A stretch of DNA of 64,000 bases from Cyanidioschyzon merolae (taxonomy: Eukaryota), in the NCBI GenBank assembly GCA_000091205.1, contig AP006499.2; one strand, written 5' to 3'. Position 1 is the stretch's first letter. The number at the start of each line of letters is the position of its first letter. The position numbers were made by a program, and so were the translations under genes. This document shows positions 22,028 to 33,198 of this stretch, piece after piece. The notes under the pieces are model-generated. The model was given only the letters and a program-made list of their open reading frames with translations, ran no database searches and was not told the DNA's origin.

Positions 22028-22513
22028 TCATTCTGGACTAGTCATCGTCCGGTCGTCGTCGTCGTCGTCTCCGCCGTCGTCCTCCGACTCGGGCGCATAG
22101 AGTCCTATTCGATAGTCTTTTAGGAGCCACGCCACGTTCACCCACGGGTGCATCTCATCAAACACAGCTGTGCTATCCTTTCCGGCCGCTTCTATGAACA
22201 GGATTTCCGCACCACCAGGGTGGAATCTGAAGTAAGCGGTTATGTCATACACAACTCCGTGGATAGCCGTCCAGGCGTCAGTAGCACTGCCATGTGACTC
22301 CAGTTCTCGTTTACTGACCCGTCGCGAGGACTGTTGGCCCGCAGCTGCAATCGCTGTTGCTCGAGGGTCTCGGGGTCGACTCAACCAGGCCAGAGGCGGT
22401 GGGGCTTTTGCCGGCTGTCGAGCAAATATTCTGGTCTTGTTGCTCCCCATCTGCGTCGCAGTAGACGCGATAGGAAGCATCCAGACCTTGCTGGCTCCTG
22501 CACGCCTGAACAA
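22028..22513 (-). CDS. Cytochrome b5-like heme-binding domain protein
   Basis: TAIHGVVYDITAYFRFHPGGAEILFIEAAGKDSTAVFDEMHPW carries the HPGG heme-ligand motif and a second His in the expected position. It has an acidic C-terminal tail. The true start may be the internal Met (MGSNKTR...). Confidence 0.7.
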   Translation of the reverse strand: MFRRAGASKVWMLPIASTATQMGSNKTRIFARQPAKAPPPLAWLSRPRDPRATAIAAAGQQSSRRVSKRELESHGSATDAWTAIHGVVYDITAYFRFHPGGAEILFIEAAGKDSTAVFDEMHPWVNVAWLLKDYRIGLYAPESEDDGGDDDDDDRTMTSPE

Positions 22514-22929
22514 TCAACGAAAACGGTGCGTTGTGAACGGTGCGGCGGCGTTGGTGCTGGGCGATCCCAGGATCCTACCTGCCACGATGGCCCCTGTTCC
22601 GAAGAGCCAACCCCGGTACTCGTATCCGATGAGCATGGAGTTATGAAGGACATGCTATGTTTCCGCCTTTTGAAGTTTTGTGGATTTGGTTTTGACGAAC
22701 AATCTCGGTATTCGTCGTATGGCAAGAACGGCACAGGGATTCATACGTAATTTTCGGAGTCAAAGTCGTCGTTTCGGAGTGGCTACTCGGAGTTTTTGCT
22801 ATCGAAATCTTTCACATCTCTGTGATGATCATGACTCATGACGTCTTCAAGCAAGCGTTCGTAACACAACCGATGTCAATATCGGGTTCATACACACAAG
22901 CGCCCAGTCTTCACTATTCCTTGCGTGCG

Positions 22930-23300
22930 GCGTGCTCAAACCACGCAATCTTCAAGTTTACAACGCTCGTGTTTCCGGGAGACGCATCGCCGGGGCGATT
23001 CGCGACCTTGGATTAAGGCCAAACAAAACCCGACTTTATCTCTTGGGGACTTGTTCACTCGTTCATGCCGAAAGCTCACGGAGCTTGTCACGTCGAATAA
23101 CTAATCCTGTCCGAGAGACGAATGCTCTTCTCTCTGGGGCCATCGACGAAACAGCATTGAACGGCAGGATGATATCTCTCGCAGGGGATTTGCTCCCAGT
23201 GACTCCTGTTCCTTCTTTCCGCATCGCATAGTGTTTTGGACTCGGGCTTTTGTTATCGCAGCGATCGCTGCCGGTGCCGCGTGCGTCATTGCATTGCGCA
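22930..23300 (+). repeat. Truncated, diverged copy of the dispersed repeat family (C-like, A and D blocks; B block absent)
   Basis: gcgattcgcgaccttggattaagg at about 22985 is C-like. ggggacttgttcactcgttcatgccgaaagctcacggagcttgtcacgtcgaataac at 23048-23105 is block A and encodes DLFTRSCRKLTELVTSNN*. ggactcgggcttttgttatcgcagcgatcgctgccggtg at 23238-23280 is block D. Confidence 0.6.
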
Positions 23301-24176
23301 ACGCGCGCGTAGACGAGTCGAAAGTTCTCAGCTGGATCACCAGCGTGGATTTTCCCTCCCGTCCTTGTTCCATCATGGACAACATCGCTTTCCACGTGCC
23401 TTTGTTCGAATAGAACAGTCTGCGATTGCACTCTCGGAAGAGAGAGGACTCGCCCAGGGAATCGCCCAGAACAGGCTTGTTATCGTAGGGTACTGTACCG
23501 ACACAGTCGGCTTCCAGGGGCATGTACCGAGCGATGAAGCAAGTGCTCGTGCGTAGTAGGGCGGTCCTCTGACCAGGAGATGCTGTGATTGTATGACAGC
23601 GCCTGATTACAGTCTAGTGTCCAGGCTGCAAATGGCCCAGCGATGCTGTCCACGAAGAACATGAAACGGTAAGCATAACCAAGACTGCAAAATTCGCATG
23701 CGCATGAAAAAAAAAAGTCTCGATCACATGCGGAAACGCCCAAGTCGAGACTTGAATACTGCCATCAACATCCTTCGACTGCTGACAACGAAGCTGGAGA
23801 GAAAGAGAGACTTAAACCCGGAGATGCGCGAGAGGAAACGCGAGCAATCGCAGATACAACCTACCAAGGCCGGTGTTGATGGGAATCAGGAGCGACCCAA
23901 ACAATAGCATGGACTCCCGAATGAGAGAACTGGGACCCATTCCAGATTCATCCGATTTCGATGGACTATCAGCAGAGATGGAATATACAGGTCTAGCCAG
24001 AATCGAAGACGGCACGACGCGTTTACCGGGAAACAGGGCTCTCCGCCTCCGCTAGGCGCTGAGCTCTCATTTCGGCCTCTGTGTTGCGGAGCGCATTTCC
24101 CGTCTGGCAGTTGGAGCTCCCGCGCTGCCTCCGTTTTGAGGCATCCCTCGCTCAGAACATGGCGTCACAAGTGCGC

Positions 24177-26159
24177 TCAACGATGTATGTACAGCAGGCA
24201 GTGTCCAAATGGAAGTCTTCGAGTCGAGACCGGTAACAGGTATGCGGCCTTTGCAGCTGTGTTTCCCGATTGATCGGATTCTCTCGCGATCAAGCGGGGT
24301 ATCGGGAAACAACCCTCGCGAAGAGGAAAGTACCAGAAACGAATTGAGCACGCGGATGCTGAGTAGAGGGATACTAGGTGACGAGTACAGTTTCCAATAG
24401 GTAGGAGTGTCCCAGGCAACGTTTCGGCTTCCAGGTGCAGGACTCCGCACGGGGACTCGGTGCCTACCGCGGAAAACTCCGTTTGCAACGTCTTCGAACC
24501 AGATTTGTGTGGAACAGACCAGTTGACCTCGATGGTGTAACAGATTTCGAATGGAGTTTCAAGTCGTATCCGCGCTGCTGGACGACAAAACTGCAGGACA
24601 ATGCGATAAGGCGACGACGTTCCCGTTCCTTCCGGTATCTCCGGTAATGGCGAAAAATAAATCTGTTGCGGTAACCAGCGCGTCGAGAGAGCCACCCAGG
24701 TGCGTTCTCCGAGAACGCCTCGCGTGGTACGCCACTGAATGCTTACACTACCCGGGTGAAACGGTGTATCCAGGCTAGGTGCGCTGTTGGCGCTTTTCGA
24801 GGAAGCAGGGCGACGATGGAGCATAAACACAAACCGTGCTCGATCGCCTGGTGAAAGCAGTGGTGCCTTTGTACGGAAGCGAAGCGGCATGAGTTTCCAG
24901 CTCGACGTTGATGCTGTTGCACCCGATGCAGGGGATGGTCCTGCGGAAAATGGGGCTTTCTCCTGGGTCTCCATGGGACTGGCAATATAAGGAACGGTTT
25001 CCGGCGGCTCAAGCGGCTTCTCACTACCCTGAAACGTTGGGGCGTCTGGGCGGCATTGTCCAGCAAGCAAGTACAGCGGCTCGTGGCTTGTGTTCTGGAT
25101 GTTCACGAGCCAGAGAAATGTCTGCCTTCCGCGCTCAGATCTTTTGTCGAGGGTCGTCGATCCCCAGGCGAGCGCATACCCCTCTAACTGCCAGGCATCA
25201 CTGACCTGGAAGCGAAAAGTCTGTTGAAACGAGGTCATTGGCGTTGCTGTCGGTGAGATTGGTGTTGCGTTCTTCGCAAAAGCGCTGCCGGGACTCGCGC
25301 GATGCGTACTCAACTGCAAACCCGCGCTCGGCTGCGCCAAAAGCAGTTGACAGCTCACAAAGTGCTCCCCCGGTGTTTCGAACGGGAGACGAAGCGACCA
25401 AGCTCGGCATCGTTCTGGTGGAAGCGCGGTCTCGTCGAGTCGCTCGAGAAGGAGCATCGTCTCGGATGCATCCCTCATTTCAACTCGGACACGAAAACGC
25501 TCGAGCGCGTAGGGCAAGCCATGGGCCAATTCTAGACGGAGATTCGCGGTCTCCCCGGCATGCCATTCCATCGGTGATGCATCCTGCAAACAGAACATTC
25601 GGTTGAAAGAGGTCATCCCTATACGCGAATGTGTCGCTTCCGCATGCTCCCGTCCAGTAACGATTTCGCATACGCTGCCTACGAGAGGTCGAAACGTAGT
25701 GCATTTCTTGACCATTTCTGTTAGCTCCGATCCCAGCGCATTCTTCGAGACTCTCGTCGGATGCGTCATGCTCGGATGCAGGCATAACTGCAGCGGAAAG
25801 AGCCGAAATACGATGGAACATTGTCCCGCGTCAGTAGAAACGCCTTCAGATGCCTCAGGTCCGCCAACGGTGTCGTCTTGCGATGTGAGGGGAAAAGCGA
25901 GATCGGCAACCGCCTGTTCTCTGCTCGCCATGCTGACGTCACCAGCAGGCGCATTCCAAGGAGCATCCTTCGCACCATCGATGGACATCCCGGGTGCGAC
26001 ACCTCCTGCAGTTCCTGCTGGATCAGACGCTGCCCCTATTGGAACACGCTCGGGATCAGTATCCGTTCCGGAGCCGAGCAACATACCAGGGGCTAAGCGA
26101 GGAGAGATGCGCTCGTTGGATTTCGTTTGTCTGACGACATCGCTTCGCTTCATGAGCAA
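24177..26159 (-). CDS. Hypothetical protein (660 aa), Ser/Pro/Ala-rich, no confident family assignment
   Basis: It is a long uninterrupted ORF in a GC-rich, codon-biased frame. I recognised no catalytic motifs. Possible beta-sandwich repeat segments are speculative. Confidence 0.45.
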   Translation of the reverse strand: MLMKRSDVVRQTKSNERISPRLAPGMLLGSGTDTDPERVPIGAASDPAGTAGGVAPGMSIDGAKDAPWNAPAGDVSMASREQAVADLAFPLTSQDDTVGGPEASEGVSTDAGQCSIVFRLFPLQLCLHPSMTHPTRVSKNALGSELTEMVKKCTTFRPLVGSVCEIVTGREHAEATHSRIGMTSFNRMFCLQDASPMEWHAGETANLRLELAHGLPYALERFRVRVEMRDASETMLLLERLDETALPPERCRAWSLRLPFETPGEHFVSCQLLLAQPSAGLQLSTHRASPGSAFAKNATPISPTATPMTSFQQTFRFQVSDAWQLEGYALAWGSTTLDKRSERGRQTFLWLVNIQNTSHEPLYLLAGQCRPDAPTFQGSEKPLEPPETVPYIASPMETQEKAPFSAGPSPASGATASTSSWKLMPLRFRTKAPLLSPGDRARFVFMLHRRPASSKSANSAPSLDTPFHPGSVSIQWRTTRGVLGERTWVALSTRWLPQQIYFSPLPEIPEGTGTSSPYRIVLQFCRPAARIRLETPFEICYTIEVNWSVPHKSGSKTLQTEFSAVGTESPCGVLHLEAETLPGTLLPIGNCTRHLVSLYSASACSIRFWYFPLREGCFPIPRLIARESDQSGNTAAKAAYLLPVSTRRLPFGHCLLYIHR

Positions 26160-26862
26160 ACTCGGAAACGAACTTCAGTTTGATTGATATCCTCAGTTCT
26201 GTCAGCCGCTCTACGTTCTGATGTCGAGCGATACAGGAGGTTAGGTTCTTCGCTGTATGGGTCCAACTTGCGAGGGCCGGGGTGAACCCCAACGGTCTGT
26301 CAGCTGCTCGGTGTTTTGTTCTCGAGTGATGCTGCGCTTGATGTCACTCGCTAGACGAGTACAAAGTCCGAGCTGGTCGTGCAGTGGGCAGAAAACGCCA
26401 AGCACTGCTTCTGACGCCACAGTCGACTGGTAAAAGTTCACCCTAGACGGCGTTTACCAGCATCTGTGACCAGTTCACGAGTATAGACTAGGTTGAGTAT
26501 AAATTAAAATCACAGAGAAATAGCTGTTTGTACTGAACTTGAACGTAGCAGACCCGCTGCTGGCAACAAACGAACGAAATAGCGACCGTTCGACCACAGG
26601 CGGCTTCGAAAGAAAGGCGTCGGCCTCACAAAAGAAAACGTAAAGTGAGCGCGCTCCTGGTAGCTATGTTGATCACTGCGAGTTCACGAGATGGAAGCGC
26701 TCGATATAACTACAACGTTGAAACACAGACGCGGAGATACACACCAACCCCGAAGTCGTTCAAACGGTGTTTCACTGTTGTGCGCTGCAGCGCATATTCC
26801 GAAACCCGTCTGCGACTGGAATGGAGCAGGCCCGATGAGCGAACACGGGCTTACACGCGATA

Positions 26863-28276
26863 CCCATGTCAGCATAAAATGGAACAGGTCTACTTACCTA
26901 GCAGGAGCGTACACCCCAAAGTTTTCGTCTCATTCCATCGCCATGGACGTCGGCCTTTACGGGATGTTTCTGCGACTGTTTCCCTTCTCTCTCTCTCTGT
27001 ATATTCTCTGGCTCGCCATACGCCGGTTTCCCCTGTTCCTCCAGCTGCGTTGTCAGCAGTCTCAGAATGCTGTCGCCGGTGTTCAAGTCCCGAATTCATC
27101 GCTTCCGGCTGTTTCAGACAGAATTCGCGCAAAGACAGTAGTTGCGTTCTACGCCTCGGTTGCCGTTTGCACGACTTGCTTCGTGTAGATCCTCGTTGCG
27201 CCCTTCACAGTACTGACACGTGACCATGGTCGGGTATGCCCGTACGTCCTGGGCACCTGCTTCCCCGAGTGCTGCCTGCCACATGCACTGGACGCTCACC
27301 TCAGGGGACGACCCCATTTCCGTGCCCAGTGCCGTACGCGATGAACACGGTCTTCCGCGAGGCGATACACTCGGCGAGCATGCTGACTGCTGTGCGCGCT
27401 CAAACACACACACACACACACACACAGAGACACACATACAGACACAGACACATACTGACACACAGATACACAGACTCACACACGTCCACGCTGCTTCATT
27501 CGAGAGCGGATTTTTCTGGGACCCGATGTTGCTCATCGTGAGACAGGGACCGGAAGGAGCACTCACGCTGGAGAACAAGTCGCGAAATCTCGACCCGTCA
27601 TCGCTGCATTCGTGTCCAGCGTCCGTCACCGCGCTGCACACACGAAGCAAGCACTGCGATGACTCAAGCCCGAGCTCGGGAAGATTCTGTACTTGAAAGC
27701 AAGCTCTCGTAGCGTACTCCACAAAACGTATCACGCTGGTGCCGATTCCCGTTTCTTCGCTAGAGAGAGACAGCGCGGGATTCACCTCCTGAAGCACATC
27801 CATCCTCTTGTCGTGACTGGCTCAGTGAGCCTTCAGCATGAGCCCGTGAACGAAACCTCAAGCGTCGGTGTCGACGGTGCCCGGTCGACAATCCAACAGT
27901 GCGAGTCGCTGCGCTCATGGCTGGCATAGGGAGAAAAAAAGATTCGAAAACTTGAAGAATCCGTAATGTAAGCATGTCGATCGTAAGGCAAGCGGGAGAA
28001 CGGATGCTTGTTGATACGGGTCGGTCAAAGATACCGGTTACTTGTCGAACAACTGTTCAATAGCTTCGCGAATCGTCTTGATTCCATTTCCGTAAAAACC
28101 TTAAGCGGGACAGCGTGGAAGAGGCCACGCCCAACTGACGACCCAGCATCCTAAAACTACGCATGAATCCACACACCTTGATTGCAGCACTTTGAATATC
28201 CATGCGATGCACGAAAAAAAACACGAGTCCGGAAAGATATCGAAAGACCTGAACAGAGCGACAAGTTCTGTTCGCC
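26863..28276 (-). repeat. Full-length member (copy A) of the ORF-bearing dispersed repeat family, about 99% identical to 39001-40411
   Basis: Direct comparison with 39001-40411 shows identity except for about six SNPs and microsatellite length differences (offsets of 12138 to 12135). It contains block B (atg gat att caa agt gct gca atc, MDIQSAAIKVCGFMRSFRMLGRQ, about 28140-28215 on the minus strand), block C (IKTIREAIEQLFDK*, about 28051-28095), a degenerate block A at about 27835-27860, block D at about 27640-27690 and an internal imperfect (CA)n at 27403-27484. Confidence 0.9.
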
Positions 28277-28428
28277 GTCTTCATCGGGCTGGGTCATGGA
28301 AGGACACCGCGACCGCCGCTGCGACAACTTTCCTCCGCAGCGTTCGCCACTGGCAACACCTCTAACGTCGACTGTAACACTCGACGGGAAGGGACCGACG
28401 ACCCGGTGCGACCAAAGTCCAGATCATT

Positions 28429-31400
28429 ATGGCTACTACAAGGAGAGATACTTTATTGAAAATACAGGCAGAGGTGCAAAACTGGTGGGAACAGGAGCAC
28501 GTCTTCGACGTTGACGCTCCAGAAGACTTTGATGCCGAGGGCGGCTGGTCCAGTCTCGGAGTGGAGCCTCGGCAGAAACCGACGTTCTTCGTCACGTTTC
28601 CTTACATCTACGCAAATGGACCGATCCACCTGGGTCACGCGTTTTCGCTGAGTAAGGCGGAGTTTGCAGTGGCGTATCAACGTATGAAAAGACGCCCGTG
28701 CCTCTTTCCCTTTGGCTTTCACTGTACGGGGATGCCGATCCAAGCGTCGGCGACGAAACTGGCCAGAGAGCTGGAAACCTACGGGTGTCCGCCTCAGTTT
28801 CCCGACACGCCTCAGCGTACAGGTGCAGACGCAGGCCTGGATGCACCTGTCGACGGCTCGGTGGGGCTAAAGTCGAAAGTTTTGGCAAAAACTGGCGGCC
28901 TCCGCTTCCAATACCGTATTCTGCAGGCGGTCGGTGTTCCCGACACGGAAATTCCCTCTTTCACGGATCCGTTCAAGTGGCTCATGTACTGGCCACCGAT
29001 CGGTATGCAGGATGCGAAACAGCTTGGACTGCACGTGGACTGGCGGCGTTCCTTCATCACCACAGAGGCGAACCCGTATTACGACGCGTTCGTGCGGTGG
29101 CATTTCGAAAAACTCCGAGCACAAGGTCGTATCAAGTTCGGAAAACGCTACACCATCTATTCCCCGCTAGACAGGCAGGCCTGTGCGGATCATGATCGAG
29201 CTAGTGGCGAGGGTGTCCAACCACAGGAATACGTGCTGATAAAAATGCAGGTACTGGAGCCGTTTCCGGCTGTGTTGGAACCGCTCGCTGGGCGACGAGT
29301 CTACCTGGCTGCCGCTACATTGCGTCCAGAGACTATGTACGGTCAGACGAATTGTTGGATAGCGCCCGACGGAAGCTACGGTGCCTACGAGGTCAACGCA
29401 GATGGCGATGTGTTTATTGTCACAGAGCGAGCAGCGCGGAACCTCGCCTTTCAGTATTGGTCACCAGTCTACGGGGAGACACGCTGCCTATTGGGGCCCT
29501 TCCCAGGCGCGGCGTTGCTGGGTGCCGCAGTGCGCGCCCCGCTTAGCAGCTACGAGCACGTCTATGTGCTACCGATGCTAAGCATCACATCGGACAAGGG
29601 TACTGGAGTCGTTACCAGCGTACCGAGCGATTCACCCGACGATTACCGTGCGCTGCAGGACCTGAAAGAGAAGCCTGCTCTGCGTCGCAAGTACGGTCTC
29701 CGGGATGAGTGGGTGTTGCCCTTTGAACCGGTGCCCATCATTCAAGTGCCCGAGATGGGATCGCTCTCTGCTCAGGCAGCCTGTGAACGGTATCGGGTGC
29801 ACTCCCAGAACGATCGCGATGCGCTCGCCAAAGCCAAGGATGAAGTCTATCTGCGGGGCTTTTATGACGGAGTGCTCTTGGTGGGCCCCCATGCCGGCCA
29901 GCGCGTTCACGTTGCCAAGCCACTGATTCGTCAGCTGCTGCTCGACCAAGGCGATGCGGTGGTCTACTCGGAGCCAGAGCGCCCTGTTGTATCACGCTCC
30001 GGCGATGAGTGTGTGGTCGCGCTCTGCGACCAGTGGTACATCGATTACGGTGAGGAGCAGTGGAAGCAGCTCGCCAGAACGTGTCTAGAGGCCATGGAGA
30101 CGTACCACCCGGAAACGAAACGCAGTTTCGAAGCAGTCCTTGAGTGGCTTCGCGAATGGGCGTGCTCTCGTTCGTTCGGACTGGGAACGCGTCTGCCTTG
30201 GGACCCGCAGTATGTGATCGAATCACTCAGTGATAGCACGATCTATATGGCATACTACACCGTTGCACACATCCTGCATCGGGACTTGAACGGCCAGGTT
30301 CCGGGGGCGGCTGGTCCAGCCAGCCAACTCACTCCGGCTGTCTGGAACTATGTTTTTCTCGGTCAAGGCGATGCAGAATCTCTCCCGATACCCAGCTCTG
30401 TTGCACGAGCGATGCGGCGCGAGTTTCTCTACTGGTACCCGCTGAATCTGCGCGTGAGCGGCAAAGACCTGATCAATAACCATTTGACGTTCTTCATCTA
30501 CAACCATGTGGCTATCTTTCCGCCCGACAAGTGGCCTTTGGGAGTGCGCGCAAACGGCCATATTATGATCAACAATGAGAAAATGTCCAAGTCAACGGGC
30601 AACTTTCTCACGCTAGCGGAGGCAGTACGGAATTTCTCCGCAGATGCGGTGCGATTTGCGCTCGCGGATGCCGGCGACGGCGTTGATGACGCCAACTTTC
30701 AAGTGAAGACGGCGGATGAGGCTATTTTGAAACTGACAACTCTTTTAGCGCTCGCCACTGAAGCGCAGGCTCTGCTCAAGAATGGGCAGATGCGTTCAGG
30801 TCAGCCGCTTCAGTTCTGGGATCGCGTTATGGAGGCGGAAGTGGATGCACTGGTGGCAGCCGCAGCGCACGCGTACGAACGACTCGAGTTTCGAGACGCC
30901 CTCAAGTTCGCGTTCTATGAATTGCAGGATGCACTGGGGATTTGGCGGGTCGCTGTTGGCGGGGATACCGACCTCACAAAACTGCATCATGAGGTATGGC
31001 GTCACTATATTCATGCGCAGGTGATTGCGCTCTACCCGATCTGTCCGCATACGTGTACTTGGATATGGAGACGGCTGCTCCACGAAAAGTCGCCAGCCCC
31101 GCCAATGCACTGGCTGGAAACGAGCCCTTTACTGGGGTCACCCGAACGGGTCGCCATTCGAGCTGCCGGTCGCTATCTACAGGCGCTTTTGCATCGAGCC
31201 CGACTCGTGCTGCAGAAACGCCTTGCGCATCGATCGCAACGTGCAGGGGATGCTGCTGCCCCTACTGCTTCTACCAGCACCGATGACAAGGAAGAGCGCG
31301 AGCGCGACCCCAGTGATCAAGTAGGTGCTCGAGCTGTGCGCGTACGACTCGTGGTTCGCACGACACCAACAGCTTGGCAAACTCGCTGCGTCGAACTTGT

Positions 31401-31701
31401 TCAACAGGCGTATGACCCTACGACTCAGTCGTTTGCAGCGGACCTGCCGAAACGCATAGCTTCGGATCCGGTCTTGCGACGGGTTGCCAAACGAGCAATG
31501 GCACTGGCGATGACGTTGCGGGAGCGGAAGGACTTTACGGTGGCGCTTGAGTTTGACGAAAAGGCGGTACTTTTGGAAAATCTCGGCTACCTAGCGCAGC
31601 AGCTGGGCGTGCATGAAGTGGAACTAGATGTCGATGGCCCCGAAGCGGAGCAGCGCGGTGTCATCATGGGCGAACCCGTTATTCTCGTGTTTGATGCATA
31701 A
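28429..31701 (+). CDS. Leucyl-tRNA synthetase, cytosolic (archaeal/eukaryotic type)
   Basis: 1090 aa. It has the HIGH-region FFVTFPYIYANGPIHLGHAFSLSKAEFAVAYQRMKRRPCLFPFGFHCTGMPIQASATKLARE and a KMSKS motif (NEKMSKSTGNF). Both are colinear with eukaryotic cytosolic LeuRS. Confidence 0.95.
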   Translation: MATTRRDTLLKIQAEVQNWWEQEHVFDVDAPEDFDAEGGWSSLGVEPRQKPTFFVTFPYIYANGPIHLGHAFSLSKAEFAVAYQRMKRRPCLFPFGFHCTGMPIQASATKLARELETYGCPPQFPDTPQRTGADAGLDAPVDGSVGLKSKVLAKTGGLRFQYRILQAVGVPDTEIPSFTDPFKWLMYWPPIGMQDAKQLGLHVDWRRSFITTEANPYYDAFVRWHFEKLRAQGRIKFGKRYTIYSPLDRQACADHDRASGEGVQPQEYVLIKMQVLEPFPAVLEPLAGRRVYLAAATLRPETMYGQTNCWIAPDGSYGAYEVNADGDVFIVTERAARNLAFQYWSPVYGETRCLLGPFPGAALLGAAVRAPLSSYEHVYVLPMLSITSDKGTGVVTSVPSDSPDDYRALQDLKEKPALRRKYGLRDEWVLPFEPVPIIQVPEMGSLSAQAACERYRVHSQNDRDALAKAKDEVYLRGFYDGVLLVGPHAGQRVHVAKPLIRQLLLDQGDAVVYSEPERPVVSRSGDECVVALCDQWYIDYGEEQWKQLARTCLEAMETYHPETKRSFEAVLEWLREWACSRSFGLGTRLPWDPQYVIESLSDSTIYMAYYTVAHILHRDLNGQVPGAAGPASQLTPAVWNYVFLGQGDAESLPIPSSVARAMRREFLYWYPLNLRVSGKDLINNHLTFFIYNHVAIFPPDKWPLGVRANGHIMINNEKMSKSTGNFLTLAEAVRNFSADAVRFALADAGDGVDDANFQVKTADEAILKLTTLLALATEAQALLKNGQMRSGQPLQFWDRVMEAEVDALVAAAAHAYERLEFRDALKFAFYELQDALGIWRVAVGGDTDLTKLHHEVWRHYIHAQVIALYPICPHTCTWIWRRLLHEKSPAPPMHWLETSPLLGSPERVAIRAAGRYLQALLHRARLVLQKRLAHRSQRAGDAAAPTASTSTDDKEERERDPSDQVGARAVRVRLVVRTTPTAWQTRCVELVQQAYDPTTQSFAADLPKRIASDPVLRRVAKRAMALAMTLRERKDFTVALEFDEKAVLLENLGYLAQQLGVHEVELDVDGPEAEQRGVIMGEPVILVFDA

Positions 31702-32570
31702 AGTGCCTCTGACACAATACGAGGTCGCATGTGGGCGACAATTAGACCTGCGCACGGTGCTGCTGCGAGCACTGTTATCCTAGACAGCGCAGGTGGCGCT
31801 TTCGGATATTGCCAGGAGGAGACTTTTTGTTCGTGTTTAGTTTGCAATCTGAAAGCGGTACACCAGTTCGGTGTTAGAAGCGGAAAACCCTCGCACGGAC
31901 TGCTACGGATCTGTGCTGACTGGGAATCACTCGAGCGTTGTTGTTGCTCCAGAGGCGGCCTCGCTGAACCAGAACATGTGCCAGTTCAGTTTAGCAGACG
32001 TTGAGGTACCGAGCTTTTTGCAGGCGTCGCAAGGAGGAAGGACGGCCCTGCGACGCCTGTGCGTACGTCGGCACTAGACTCCCTGTCAAACGAGCATGCC
32101 GAGCGCTGAACGATTCCAGCAAACGCACGGCGATGTAGCGATGCTGCATTCGAGTATAGCACAGAATTCCCGACAGCACCATTGCGAGTATGCGAATGCC
32201 TGCCGCCCCCGCGATACCATCCCGAAGGTGTTTTCCATTGTATTGGACTCGTGTTTTGGAAAACTGATTCGGACAGGTGGATTCGTGGATGTGCGTCCTG
32301 TATCGCAGTTTATCCAGGTCTGGATATGAAAGAGGTTTCTCGGTTTCCAGGGGATACTTCCAGCGGATTCGAGGATACGGGTGCTGTTGCTCAGTCCATA
32401 CAGGTTCGATTGTCGTCTGCATTCCTCCGAATGCTCATGTATGACGCTACCGCTTTCGGCAATGTTTAAGGACTCCGTTGAAATCCATGGGCATCACTCA
32501 GCATCGATAGAAGAGCGCTGTGCTCGCGCCTGCACTCCACGGTCTCCGCCGGATGCCCGTGCAGGTCCTC

Positions 32571-32598
32571 CATACATACACACACACACACACATACA
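32571..32598. repeat. (CA)n microsatellite
   Basis: catacatacacacacacacacacatacac, lying between the convergent LeuRS and IPMS 3' ends. Confidence 0.85.
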
Positions 32599-33198
32599 CC
32601 CTGATTGCATCGCGGAAGGAGCCAGTGCATCCTGCATCTGCGCCCCGGATCACGATAACGCCTGCGAGAATTCGTATCGTTCACTTTGTCGAGATGCCTA
32701 ATGGGGTCCTGTGCTTTTCGACAGAAAAGCATACGTGACCGCCTCCCAGATCGTTGGACGAAGCATGCGGCCTCGTATTCGACGCGGACTCTGGTGTTGC
32801 ATCTGCTTGACTTCAATATGCACAGCACCTTTTTTATTTGCAAGGGACCACCATGGCGTTCAGTAATACGTGTACCATAACAGTAAACCGGCCATGAAAC
32901 ATACTCAGTCGACAGATGCACCAGCCGTGCCGCTCGTGTCATCGCGAGTGCGCCGCCGTCTTGCAGCAGGTCCTGGTTTCCGAGGCCTCCCGAACGACCC
33001 TCGAAGAAGGGAGCAAATTGTCCAAAATTGGTTTGGATAACTGCACGTGTTTCTCGTTCGATACGGGCGTCATGCCACATATTGCGAAAACTCCATGCAG
33101 ACTGCAACTTCATGACGTTTTGCATTGTATCGGGTACTTCAGCGAAGGCTCGCCAGATCCGCTCAGAGCGCAACCGACGACGGCGGCCGCCACATGCA

